Under the pieces are notes generated by a model. It saw only the letters and a program-made list of their open reading frames with translations, was not told the DNA's origin and searched no databases. From Pristiophorus japonicus (Eukaryota): a stretch of DNA of 64,000 nucleotides. The DNA lies in contig NC_091980.1 of the NCBI RefSeq assembly GCF_044704955.1, positions 266,290,001 to 266,354,000 on the forward strand, written 5' to 3'. Below are positions 52,390-64,000 of this stretch, one piece after another. How positions within the stretch are numbered: the first letter of the stretch is position 1; each line of letters starts with the position of its first letter. The position numbers and the translations under genes are program-made.

Positions 52390-54720
52390 AAAATAAACTT
52401 ATCATTGGACTAGGAGGAGGGCATTCAACCCCTCGAGTCTGTTCCGCTATTCAATGAGATCATGGCTAACCTGTATCTTAACTCCATCCGCCCACCTTGG
52501 CTCCATATCCTTTCATAACTTTATCTAGCAAAAATCTATTGATCTCAGACTTAATATTATCTACTGCTTTTTGTAGGAGAGAGTTCCACCCTTCTACCAT
52601 CTTTTGCATGAAGAAGAGTTTCAGGACCCAAGTTTCGCCATGATTTGCTCCTGATTTTTAGGAGCAACTGGTGTAGAACGGAGTATTTTAGAAATCGGAA
52701 TTCTCGCCATTTAGTTTGCTCCAGTTCTAGTCATTTAGAACAGTTTCACTTTGGAACAGAATTTTTTTTTCAAAAGGTGGCGTGTCCGGGTACTTACGCC
52801 TGTTTTCAAAGTTTCGTCAGTGAAATCTTACTCCAAACTAACTTAGAATGGAGTAAGTGAAGAGTTTTGTACGCTCGAAAAAACCTTGTCTACACTTTAG
52901 AAAATCAGGCGTAGGTTACAAATTAGGAGTAGGGAACGAGGTGGGGGGGGGGGGGAGGGAAGTCATTAAATTCTACAATCAATCCTTAGTTATACTTATA
53001 CAAATATTATACAAATAAATCCAACCTGAATAAAAATTTATAAGCAAAGAAAAGATTAAATAAACCATGTTCCTACTTCTGTGAAATAGCAGCAGCCTTC
53101 AAGCTGCTGTACTTCAGGCAGGCCTTTCATGTTGAAGACAGGCAGGGGTGTGGCGTCAGTGTCTCGACGGCATTGGCAGCAAGCTTCGAGCTGAGCTGCG
53201 GTGCTTGAGGCAGGCCTTCATTCTCTTCGTGGCTGGCCGCGAAGAAGCAACACCCGGACGGACTTGAGGCTATTCGGCCATGGGATAGCAGCGACGTCAG
53301 TGGCTGGCCGGCAGCCAGCCAAAGAATCAGCAGCGGACCGTCGTGAGGCCATTCGGCCATAGGATATCAGCAGCGTCAGTGGCTGGCCGGCAGCCGAAGA
53401 ATCAACACCTGACACACGCAGCTCTTTATGGTGCTTGAGGCCATTCGGCCACGCTTTAGGGGCGGCGTCAGTGGCTCGACAGCAGCCGAAGATACAGCAG
53501 CAGCCTTCGAGCTGTGAGGGGGACTGAGGCCATTTGGACAGGGAGAGGCAGCCACATCGACAGTTTTATATTTAAATTTGCAGAATGGGTGCTGCATTGT
53601 CAACACCACATATTATGCAATGGTTTGCCATCAATTCACTGCATAGGAGAGAATAGATTAGAGCTCACTGCACCAGGAACATCGTAGCCCGTAGGTTGAT
53701 GGGCAGGAGACCTTACCCACGTCGACAATATCGAACCAGGCGCTCTTATTTCTCCAAACACACAGTCCTTAATTTGCATGCACCAATGCAGCACCGGTTC
53801 TGCAAGTTTAGCAGTGAAAAGCTGAACTCACTGATTTCAGCAGGTGATTTATTCAGCAGTGCTGCTAAAAGCACTCCCTCACACACAGAAATATCACAAA
53901 AATTAAATTACAAGCCTTTGCAGGGGTCCAAGAAACAAATCTTCACTTTTTCTGCAGTCCTTTTAAAAATGGCCGAGTGCCAATGTTTGAGACTGAGCAT
54001 GCGCGCACGCTCCAACGCCCACGCGCAGGGTTGCCGGCACCACGAAGGCTAATTTAAATTGTACCCGCCCCCTGCTACTTAGAAAATCGGCGTGAGTGTT
54101 AGGCTCTGCCCCCTGCTGCGAAGAGCGCGCCGCACCAAGCAGACATCGAGCTCCAAGGAGCTCGAGAATATCGGAGTTTTTTTTAAGCACAGTTTTCGGC
54201 GCGAAAAACAGGCGCCCAGCTCGGAGGTGCGCCGTTTTCGCCGCGGGACGAAACTTGGGGCCATAACTTCTCTCCTGAATGACCTGGCTCTCATTTTAAG
54301 GTTATGTCCCCTTGTCCTAGACATCCCCTCCAGTGGAAAAAGTTTCTCTCTAACTATCCTATTCCGTTCAAAATCCTAAAAACCTCAATCAAATCACTCC
54401 TTTGCCTTCTATATTCCAGAGAATACAAGTCTAGTTTATGTAATATCTCCTCATAATCTAACCCTTGGAGCCCTGGTAACATTCTGGTGAATCTGCGCTG
54501 CACTCCTTCCAAAGCCAATGTATCCATTCTAAGGTGCGGTGCCCTGAACTGTACACAGTACTCCAGATATGGTCTAACCAGGGTTTTGTATAGCTGTAGC
54601 AAAAATTCCTCCCCTTTATATTCTAGCCCTCTAGATATAAAGGCTAACATTCCATTTGCCTTTTTGATTACTTTTGTACCTGACTACTACATTTTAGTAA
54701 TCTGTGTACCTGGGCCCCTA
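52390..54720 (-). mobile_element. CR1 3' fragment split by the TIR element (52390-52622 and 54263-54720)
   Basis: LVRPYLEYCVQF and RTRGHNLK; sequence is continuous across the insertion. Confidence 0.8.
52623..54262 (+). mobile_element. Internally deleted PIF/Harbinger-like DNA transposon with internal tandem repeats
   Basis: TIRs GGACCCAAGTTTCG / CGAAACTTGGGGCC; remnant frame from 53585 (MGAALS...GRRPYPRRQYRTRRSY, one stop) resembling a Harbinger transposase N-terminus. Confidence 0.65.
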
Positions 54721-55267
54721 AATTATCAAAGTAAATAATATTATTACACGTGTCGACTATGCGCTCCAGTTGGTGTGGTGCCCACTGGTCCCGGAAGTCT
54801 GCGCCACCCTTGCTGATGGTAAATCGTATAAAATGACAACTTTTTTTTGTTCATACTAATATTATTACATCAAAATGCTACAATGTTCTAGAACCATTAT
54901 TTCCAGAAAATGTTTTGGGTGAAATTATTGGAATGGAAATAGACCCAGTGACATAAGGATGTGTTTAAACATGATTTCAATCACTGTACTATATGTTTGT
55001 AAACAAAATAGGTTTGCCTAATACTTTTTTATGTTTTTCTAAGTTTTCAATTATGCATTGTGATTTTGAAACAAATACTGATATTGCAGTAATAAAGCTA
55101 CTCATATGTTGGGAATACCTTTAGGATTTGACCTAAAGTACAAAATTAAACTCTAACATTTTTGATTATAAATAAAACATTTTTATTCTGCTCAGTTTGC
55201 CACTTTTTCTTCCCATTCTCTATCCCATTCTCTGTTAACAAGCTCTGTAAATACTACAACATAAAAA

Positions 55268-55645
55268 AAGTCTAGCATTTATATAATGCTATATTACTTC
55301 TCAGAAACATCCTAAAACACTTTGCAAGAATTACTTAGATGTGCAGCTACTGTTGTTATGCACCATTTTGCACACTGCTAGAGCCTACAATGGATAGCCA
55401 GTTAATCTGGGATTTTATTTTGGTGATGTTGTTTGAAGTAGTATAATTACTTGTTCTTCCTCAAAATATTGTTATGCAATCTTTAACATTCAGCCAAACA
55501 GGTAAATGGGGGCCTTCATTTAATGTCTCAGCCAAAGGACAGCTGCTCTGACGTCACAGCAGTCTCTTAATACTGTCAACCTAGATTATATATGTGTTCA
55601 AGTCCTATGTGGAGCTTGAACCCACAATCTTTTGGCTCAGGCAAG
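55268..55645 (-). mobile_element. Deu-domain SINE, diverged
   Basis: Reverse-complement similarity to 51690-52135. Confidence 0.55.
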
Positions 55646-56084
55646 AATACCATCAACTCATTGGAAAATTTTAATTGTACTTATAAGGATATGCATCTTC
55701 CTATGAGGGGATACATCCTTGATTTTATCCCATTTTCTCCTGTGGACCTCCTTCAGGGCATGCACCTCCTCCAGTTAAAAAGGCAGTCCACTCCAAGGCT
55801 ACAACATATGCTGCTTTTGGGCATCCAGCATGCTGGTACATGAAAGTGGCCAATGGATCTCTGAATTTCCTTTCCTCTTGTGCAGTGATGCCTCCATTCA
55901 ACATCTCCTTGCAGGGTACAGATTAAATCAGAGACTCAGCAAAGTGAGAAAATTACACTACTTCTGTTTGTTCTGGTTTTTTTGGGGTGGGAGGAATTAA
56001 AGTAACTTACACCAAGCACCATGGTGTGCAGCATATATTATTTTTTGAATGCTATTTGGAAAACAAACAAATATAGTTCTTATA

Positions 56085-57330
56085 TAGAATGATACAGCAC
56101 AGAAGGAGGCCATTTGACCCCCCGTGCTTGTGTTGGCTTTTTGAAAGAGTCTTATTAGTCCCATTCCCCTGCCCCAGCCCATGCCCCTGCAAAGTTTTAC
56201 CTTCAAATATTTATCCCATTCCTTGTGAAAGTTATTATTGAATCTGCTTCCTCCATCCTTTCAAGCAGAGCAATCCAGATCATAAAAACTCGTTGTGTAA
56301 AAAACATTCTCCTCATCTCGCCTCTGGTTCTTAATTACCTTAAATCTGCGTCCTCTATTTACCAACCCGCTGCCATTGGAAACAGTTTTTCCTTATTTAT
56401 TCTATCAAAACCCTTCATGATTTTGAACACCTCTATCAAATCTCCCCTTAATCTTCTCTGCTCTAAGGAGAACAACCCCAGCTTCTCTAGTCTCTCCACA
56501 TAATTGAAATCCTGTAACTCTGGTACCATTCTATTAAATCTTCTCTGCACCCTGTCTAAAGCCTTGATATCCTTTCGAAACTGTTGTGCCCAGAATTGGA
56601 CACAATACTCCATCACAAGGCACACGTCAGGAGTATAATGGAATACTCTCCACTTGCCTTGATGAGTGCAGCTCCAACAACACTCAAGAAGCTCTACACC
56701 ATCCAGGAAAAAGCAGCCCGCTTGATTCGCATCCCATCCTTAAACATTCACTCCCTCCACCACCAGCGCACCACGGCTGTAGTGAGTACCATCTACAAGA
56801 TGCACTGCAGTAACTCACCAAGGCTTCTTCGACAACACCTCCCAAACCCACGCATCTACCACCTAGAAGGACAAGGGCAGCAGGCGCATGGGAACACCAT
56901 CATCTCCAAGTTCCCCTCCAAGTTACACGCTATTGTGACTTGGAAATATATTGCCATTCCTTCATTGTTGCTATGTCAAAATCCTGGAACTTCCTAACAC
57001 CACTATGGGAGTACCTTCACTACATGGACTGCAGCAGTTCAAGTAGGTGGCTCACAACCACCTTCTCGAGGGCAATTAGGGATGGGCAATAAATGCCAGC
57101 CTTGCCAGTGACGCCCACATCCCAGGAATGAAAATAAAAAATCTGGGGCCTAACCAGTGTTTAGCATAACTTCTTTTATTTTGTACTCTATGTCTCTGTT
57201 TATAAAGCCATGGATCCCGTATGTCTTTTTAACGGCTTTCTCAACTTGTCCTGCCACCTTCAAAGATTTGAGTACGTGCACCCCCAGGTCTCTCTGTTCC
57301 TGTACTCCCTTTTAAATTGTACCATTTAAC
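56085..57330 (-). mobile_element. Old CR1 3' fragment interrupted by a plus-strand CR1/L2-group 3' end (about 56610-57140)
   Basis: MEYCVQFW...LFSLEQRRLRGDL on minus; KAHVRSIMEYSP and GGGCAATTAGGGATGGGCAATAAATG on plus. Confidence 0.75.
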
Positions 57331-58360
57331 ACATAAACTTGTTTATGGCATATTGAGCTTGAAGACTTTTACTCAAATTTACTGTAAATGCTTTTATTGT
57401 TAAGACAAAATAATTTTCAATTAACACAATGTTCAAAAAACTTATGAAAAAATATTATTTTCAAAAATGCAGCATTGTGATTCTATTAAAGTAACAAGAG
57501 TTAAACATTAATGATTGGTCAGGAGAAAGAGTTTTGTAAACTAGGCATGTGTATCAAGCAAATAACAGTGCTGTTGACTTTCTGTGAGTGACCTTCCTGC
57601 CAAGACACAAAGGTCTGTTTCACAATATTTCAACATTTTAATATTTCAAAAAAAACAAGAGAACAGTAAATCATAAATTGCAGATTACTCGCGGGGACAG
57701 CAGCTAATAAGTGGGTCCTGAAACTATTGGTAAAGTATTCAGCAAATCATGTTGCAGAGCACGGTACATTTTAGTGAGGCAGGATAGTCATTGATGTACA
57801 GCTTTGTAATGAATATTGTTAGTTTTATGTTTTCTTATTGGACATCTTCAGACTAGGACTAATTGTAAATAATCTAAAGGTTATTTTCTATCCTTTGTTA
57901 TGCTATGCATTGATTATTCACTTCACCATACACAGGGTGATACAAAAATCATCCACAACCAATGTTCATGTGTAAAATACTATTTAATGGTCACTAACAA
58001 ACAGCTTAAAGAAGTCCTAAAAGTTGTGCCGGGTGATGTATGGCTATAGCATGAAGAATGGGGTGATTCCACCATCCCATGCTCCCAGCTGTAACTTTAA
58101 TTGAATTTGTCACACATTGTGAGAAAAATACAAGCCTTTATACATGTGACAAAACAAGTTTAGATTGCACTGAGATTTGAAGTCAGATCTTTGGACTCGA
58201 GAGTCATTACATCGACTTTATAGTTTTCGTGCTCTAAGTTTACTTTCACAGCTCGTGATGGATTCAATGGAGTTCGAATATTTTCTGTATGCAATTGAAT
58301 GGGGTTTATTTGGAGACTTGTGCTCGCAGGAAGCGATCAGGAGTGCGGATTCATTCCCAA

Positions 58361-59282
58361 TGAGCCAGATTTTGCTGGACCGGGGCATCTCGCGGCGTGC
58401 CCCGTTAGTTAGACTTGTTCGTGCACATTTAGGTTTTTAAAAATTTTGTCCACAAAGTTGCTGGAAGTGAGAGCTGATAACGGCACAGCGAGAACAACAG
58501 GGCATAAGAACTTAAGAAATAGGAGCAGGTGTAGGCTATTTGGCCCCTTGAGCCTGCTTTGCCATTCAATAAGATCATGGCTAATCTGATCTGATCATGG
58601 ACTCAGCTCCACTTCCCTGCCCACTCCCCATAACCCTTTATTCCCTTATCGCTCAAAAATCTGTCCAGGAATAGCGGGAGAATAACGGGAAAACAGTGTA
58701 ACAAATGAGTTGTTGAGAAATAAACAGAGGAAGGACTGAGAAGGACAATGAGTTTGAGTGGGTGAATTCAATGTCAAATCAGAAAGAGAAATAAAGAGAA
58801 GGAAAGAAAGATTGAATTGAGATAGGAAAAAAAGAGACAGATAGGTATAGTAAGGGAAAAAAGGGAAAATTAAAAATTTGACATTTTTAAAACCTCCTAA
58901 AACAATTTACAACATGAAAGAATGAAATTCCACGCATAATTGTTCACTTTCTGGGCAAGAGAGGTTGATTGGCTGTGATTAACAATTATTACATTGTTAA
59001 AAGAGTACTTGCGCTGTTAATTATTAGAGCGAACTTTCTGTGCCGAGTTTAATGGGCAATTAATGTGCAAATGCAACAATTTCAGGAAAATCACGGGGAG
59101 GTGAAAGGCGAGATGCTGTATTCGTGAAGCTAACAGCAGAATGGCACAAATCATCCAGCAACTTGTGGCAATTCGCAATTCACAGGGTACTCTTCCTCGC
59201 CACAAGTTGCTGGCCGATTTGTGCATTAATAACGGTGTGCGTTGTTCAGACACGTTATTTTTTTTCAGGAAATTCTAGCACA
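58361..59282. mobile_element. Harbinger-like MITE, diverged, with a CR1 3'-end insertion (58505-58665) and a subterminal hairpin
   Basis: Termini TGAGCCAGATTTTGCTG / CAGGAAATTCTAGCACA; hairpin CCAGCAACTTGTGGC...GCCACAAGTTGCTGG at 59155-59213. Confidence 0.5.
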
Positions 59283-59534
59283 ATATCTTTCCAGGGATAA
59301 TGGTTTGTTCCTGTTATTTTTTTCTTCTCTCTTATTCCGAAAAATAGTAGCTACAAATAAAAATGTGCAACTGTTGAAACAGATGTAATGTTGGGCGACA
59401 GTAAAAACTGCACCAGTCATTCGTTTATTTGAGTAAGTGTTGCCCTACTATGTGTAAAATGCACCCTGTGTGTCAGTTGCTTCTTCACCTGTTGTTTGGT
59501 TTTAATAAAAAAATGGCTGAATTTGCTGAAAACT

Positions 59535-61308
59535 TGCACCTTGTTTCAGGAGGGAGAAAGGGATAGGCCGAGTAATTACAGGCCTGTCAGCCTAACCTCA
59601 GTAGTGGGAAAATTATTGGAAAAAATCCTGAAAGACATGATAAATCTACATTTGGAAAGGCAAGGATTAATTAAAGACAGTCAGCACGGCTTTGTTAAGG
59701 GAAGATCGTGTTTGACTAACCTGATTGAATTTTTTGAGGAGGTAACTAAGAGGGTCGATGAGGACAGTGCGTACAATGTAGTGTATATGGACTTTAGCAA
59801 AGCTTTTGATGAGGTCCCACATGATAGGCTGGTCACGAAGGTTAAAACCCATGGGATCCAGGGCAAAGTGGCTAGTTGGATCCAAAACTGGCTTAGAGGT
59901 AGGAAGCAAAGGGTAATGGTTGATGGATGTTTTTGTGACTGGAAGGATGTTTCCAGTGGGATTCCGCAGGGATCAGTACTGGGTCCCTTGCTTTTTGTGG
60001 TATATATCAACGATTTAGATTTGAATATAGGGAGTATGATTAAGAAGTTTGCAGATGACACTAAAATTGGATGTGTGGTTGATAATGAAGAGGAAAGTCA
60101 TGGACTGCAGGAGGATATCAATCTACTGGCTAGGTGGGCAGAGCAGTGGCAAATGGAATTTAATTCGGAGAAGTGTGAGGTAATGCACTTTGGGAGGGCT
60201 AATAAGGAATGGGTCTACACATTAAGCAATAGGCCACTTAATAGTATAGATGAACAAAGGGACCTTGGAGTGCTTGTCCACAGATCCCTGAAAGTAGCAG
60301 GCCAGGTAAATAAGGTGGTTAAGAAGGCATACGGAATGCTTGCCTTTATTGGCCGAGGCATAGAATATAAGAGCAGGGAGGTTATGCTTAAATTGTATAA
60401 TACTTAGGTTAGGCCACAGCTGGAGTACTGTGTGCAGTTCTGGTTACTGTATTATAGGAAGGACGTGATTGAACTAGAGAGGGTGCAAAGGAGATTTACT
60501 AGAATGCTGCCTGGAATGGAGAATCTTAGTTATGAGGACAGATTGGATAGCTGGGTTTATTCTCATTGGAACAGAGGAGGTTGAGAGGAGACCTCATTGA
60601 GGTGTACAAAATATTGAGGGGCCTGGATATATTGGATAGCAGGGGCCTATTTCCATTGGTGGAGGGGTGTATTACGAGGGGGCATTGTTTTAAGGTGGTT
60701 GGTGGAAGGTTCAGAGGGGATTTGAGGGGGGGGGCTACTTCACGTAGAGGGTTTTGGGGATCTGGCACTCACTGCCTGGAACAGTGGTGGATGCAGAAAC
60801 CTTCACCACATTTAAAAGATGGTTGGATGGGTACTTAAAGTGCCATAACCTGCATGGTTATGGACCTAGAGCTGGTAATTGGGATTAGACTGGATAACCT
60901 CTTGTTGGCCGACGCAGATATGATGGTAAGTACTGCAGGGAATCGAATACGGCCAGGGTGATCTCCTGGACTAGTTTTGATCGCCTGGATGGGTCGGAGA
61001 GGAATTTTCCTGGATTTTATTTCCTCCAAATTGGCCTGGGTTTTTATCTGGTTTTTGCCTCTTCCAGGAGATCACATGGCTCCGGTTGGTGTGGAGTGTA
61101 GAATGTTTCAGTATAAGGGGTGTCGCAGTTGTGTGGGGCAGACTAATTGGGCTGGGTGCTCTTTACCTTTCCGCCATTGTTCATTGCTCATAGGTTTATA
61201 TGTAACCTTCAGGGCTGCTGACCGAGGGCCGTGCGGCTCTTTGTCGGCCGGCGCGGACACGATGGGCCGAAATGGCCTCTTTCTGCACTGTAAATTTCTA
61301 TGTTTCAT
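59535..61308 (+). mobile_element. CR1 LINE RT region with an unusually long 3' UTR
   Basis: 303-aa ORF with NYRPVSLTS, YMDFSKAFD, PQGSVLGP, KFADDTK; tail TTTCTATGTTTC. Confidence 0.92.
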
Positions 61309-62208
61309 AGTAATGGCGCATCTATGGTGTATGTCATTATTATGGCATGAGTGACTTACGCCATTACATAATCTACACCACTTTTACGTTGCTCCACGGA
61401 GACCCTCGCCGAAAAAGTTGAACAGCGAATTATATATCTGCCCCGGTTAAAATCAATGGCGAGATGGAGTTTGCTGAATTAATGTCATTATGATCGCGAC
61501 TTAGACCATTGCAGAATGGCACTGGTGGCTCAATATGTTTGGTGCAATCACAGGAATTTTAGTTTACTGTTTAAATTAAGAAATAGATGTGTTGCCCTCA
61601 TTAGTTGTTTTTTATCAGTCAGTGGTGCAGTGTTGACAGTGTTTAGGTTCACTGGTGCAATGTGCAAAGCAACAGAGATTATACATATCTGGTCGGAGCG
61701 GGTTGATGGTTTCTAGCCTTAAACTACCATCTGAATGAGACTTTTTTATATGTAATTCAGACCGCTAATCCTATGTGTTAGTGATCACAATGTGCCCATT
61801 TACACTTTATTAAAATCCAAGTAGTATCAGATATAGCATTCGAATTACAGATTGTTTGAGCAATTGACTAAAAGCATCTGGTTACCATGTTGTTCATACA
61901 ACCTCAATGGAAAGAGAGGAGGGTCACTGTTCCATCGAATGAATTAATCAAAGAGATATAAAAATAGTCCTTCGGACAAATCAGCACCCTATAATTTGAA
62001 TTTGTGCTTGTTTCTGCTCATCAGTTCAACCTTAAAAAATCTATTTTAAACACTGTGCCCAAGTAGCACCACATCGCAATGGGTTTTCCTTTGGCCATGA
62101 GTCACGTGGCTCCCGATCCGCCTCTATGTTCGCCACAACGTATTCTAATTATTTTTCCAGAAATTGTGGTGTAAATTTGCCACAGAATGATCAGGCAGCA
62201 CAATGGTA

Positions 62209-62516
62209 CAGGCTAAACCTCCCTTATCTGGAACCCTTTGGATCTGGCCTGTTCTGGATAAGGGATTTTTCCAGTCAAGAGTAGTCACGTTAAATCGGAT
62301 GGTACACGTACTGAGCAAGGGGATATCGGGGCTGGCTGGCTTGGGGCTGGGAGTGCGGCAGAGAGATCATGCGGGGGGGGGGGGGGGGGGGTCAATGGAT
62401 CGACTTCAATTTGTTTGTGTCAGAGTTCTGCGCATGCGCCACCCGATGGCCTGGAATGGTTCCGGACGAGGGTTGGTTCGGGATAAGGGAGTTTTGGATA
62501 AGGGAGGTTCAACCTC
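62209..62516. mobile_element. pogo/Tigger-like MITE
   Basis: TA|CAGGCTAAACCTCCCTTATC ... GATAAGGGAGGTTCAACCTC|TA; repeated subterminal GGATAAGGGA motifs. Confidence 0.75.
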
Positions 62517-62599
62517 TATAACTTACGGCGTTTGTCATCAATATCACCATTGCAGCGAATTCCGGCCCATTTCTCCATTGCTAGCGAGGTAAAAGATAG

Positions 62600-63150
62600 C
62601 AAAATAATGTGGTTTTGCAAAAGAATGCCAGAAGGTAGTAGTTGAAAGATTGGCCTCTGATAGTGGAGTGGAGGGAGTAGGAACAAGAGGTAATCTAAAG
62701 TTAGGGGAATGGAGAGTGGCAGCTCCGAGGGGGTCTGTGCAGCACAGAAGAAATGTACCGTTGAAATACAGTGATTGTTTGGGAACAGGATAGCAGTAGA
62801 ACTAAAATAGCACTGTATTATAGAACCATAGAGAAGAGGCAGTGGAAGTGAACAGAATGATCAACAGTGTCAAAGTTGGCAGAGAGGACATTGAGGGATA
62901 GGGAAGCGCAATCACACACGGTGTCATTGGTGACTGTGACCAGGGCAATCTCAGTGCTGCAGGCAGATGAGATACCAGATTGGAGAGATTTGATCAGGCA
63001 GTAATGAGAAAGGTGAGTATGTGTTAGGTGGCAATAAAGCACTCAATGACCTTTGAAAGAAAAGGCAGTTTAGGCATAGGGTGGTAGTTTGAAATAAAAA
63101 TAGAGGAGTTGAAGGTGGACTTTTTAAGAAGTGAGTGGTGAAAGGACTGG
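62600..63150 (-). mobile_element. Old L2-like LINE RT fragment
   Basis: LQSG...STEIALVTVTND...LSANFDTVDH L2-type motifs. Confidence 0.65.
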
Positions 63151-64000
63151 CAACAATGCCGGGGTGGGGGGGGGGGGGGTGCGGAACAGTGTTCGCAAGC
63201 TTTTTAAAAATTTATGATTACATAAAAATAATTATTTGCACATGAATTAAATTATTGTAGAATAAATTACTATAATAAGACTTTCTAGCTTTAATGGAAT
63301 CATTTCTCCGGCCCCTTTTCCTAGCCTAAGATATCCACTGACACCCTGACTGAGATCAGTTAGCTCAGCAGAGACCAAAGATCAAACTTTTATTCCAAAA
63401 TGGTTCTAAATCCATCCTGAGCTGTCCCGACGGAGCTCTTTTCAATCATCTAATGGCTGCTAACAGTTGTACTCTATTGCAGACAGACACTCAATTTCTC
63501 AACATTCTCAAATAATTCCTTAGGGTAAATGTTGTGAGCTCCTGCGCCACTGGTACGACCTGACACGCAACCAATGCATAGTAGAAAATCACAGACGAGC
63601 AGCCTGTAATTTTCAATCAATTGAAGTTGCACCAATATGTACTGGCTGAGGCTCAGCTGATGTAATGGAGCCTCGTAAAATTAGCACATAAATATAGATC
63701 ACTTAACATTAGACACTGAACTATCTGGGGATATTCGGAGTAAGTTAACTGTGGTATGCTTCTGAGTGGTTGGGTTAAAATAGCATTTGCAGAGAACTGG
63801 GAAGAGGTGACCTTACCAACATTTCAATATGCTAATTTATAGTATGGAGAATGAGGAGGGGAATCTAAGGAAAATAAGTTACAAAGGAGGCAGGAGAAGA
63901 ATTATACTTTGAAATATTCAGATTTCTTCTATTAAAAACAGGGTTCAAAGCAAACTGGTAAAAACCATGCTGCATCCAGTCATTTTGCTGTTAATCGTTT

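Noticed and set aside
53150-53540. CRISPR-like repeat-spacer array
   Set aside because: Vertebrate DNA, degenerate tandem units inside a TIR element, no unique spacers and no cas genes
61885-62030. Minus-strand AG/GT-bounded segment as a coding exon
   Set aside because: Stop codons occur in all three frames

Overview
Eukaryotic, repeat-dense genomic DNA, most likely from a cartilaginous fish (inferred from the CR1 LINE, RTE, L2 and Deu-domain SINE content). Two spliced protein-coding genes can be rebuilt from the sequence. (1) FANCM on the minus strand: coding exons 1-4 at 51128-50555, 39392-39220, 39128-39051 and 29756-29598, encoding the N-terminal PIP box and DEAH helicase motifs. I could not find exon 5 in the remaining 29.6 kb. 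(2) A complete five-coding-exon SOUL/heme-binding gene (soul3-like, 270 aa) on the plus strand at 5017-21553, which therefore appears to be nested antisense inside FANCM intron 4. Most of the rest is retroelement and DNA-transposon debris: young and old CR1, RTE, L2, a second CR1/L2-group LINE, L1/Tx1 fragments, SINEs, a split solo LTR, and Harbinger-like and pogo/Tigger-like MITEs, often nested several levels deep. Other points worth checking: a TSD-flanked Tx1 insertion in the FANCM promoter, a strong-Kozak uORF whose stop overlaps the FANCM AUG, a GT-AG intron-like structured insert in a CR1 3' UTR, and an RTE-tailed non-autonomous element with a possible pseudoknot. Repeat boundaries and family names come from reading by eye and are approximate.
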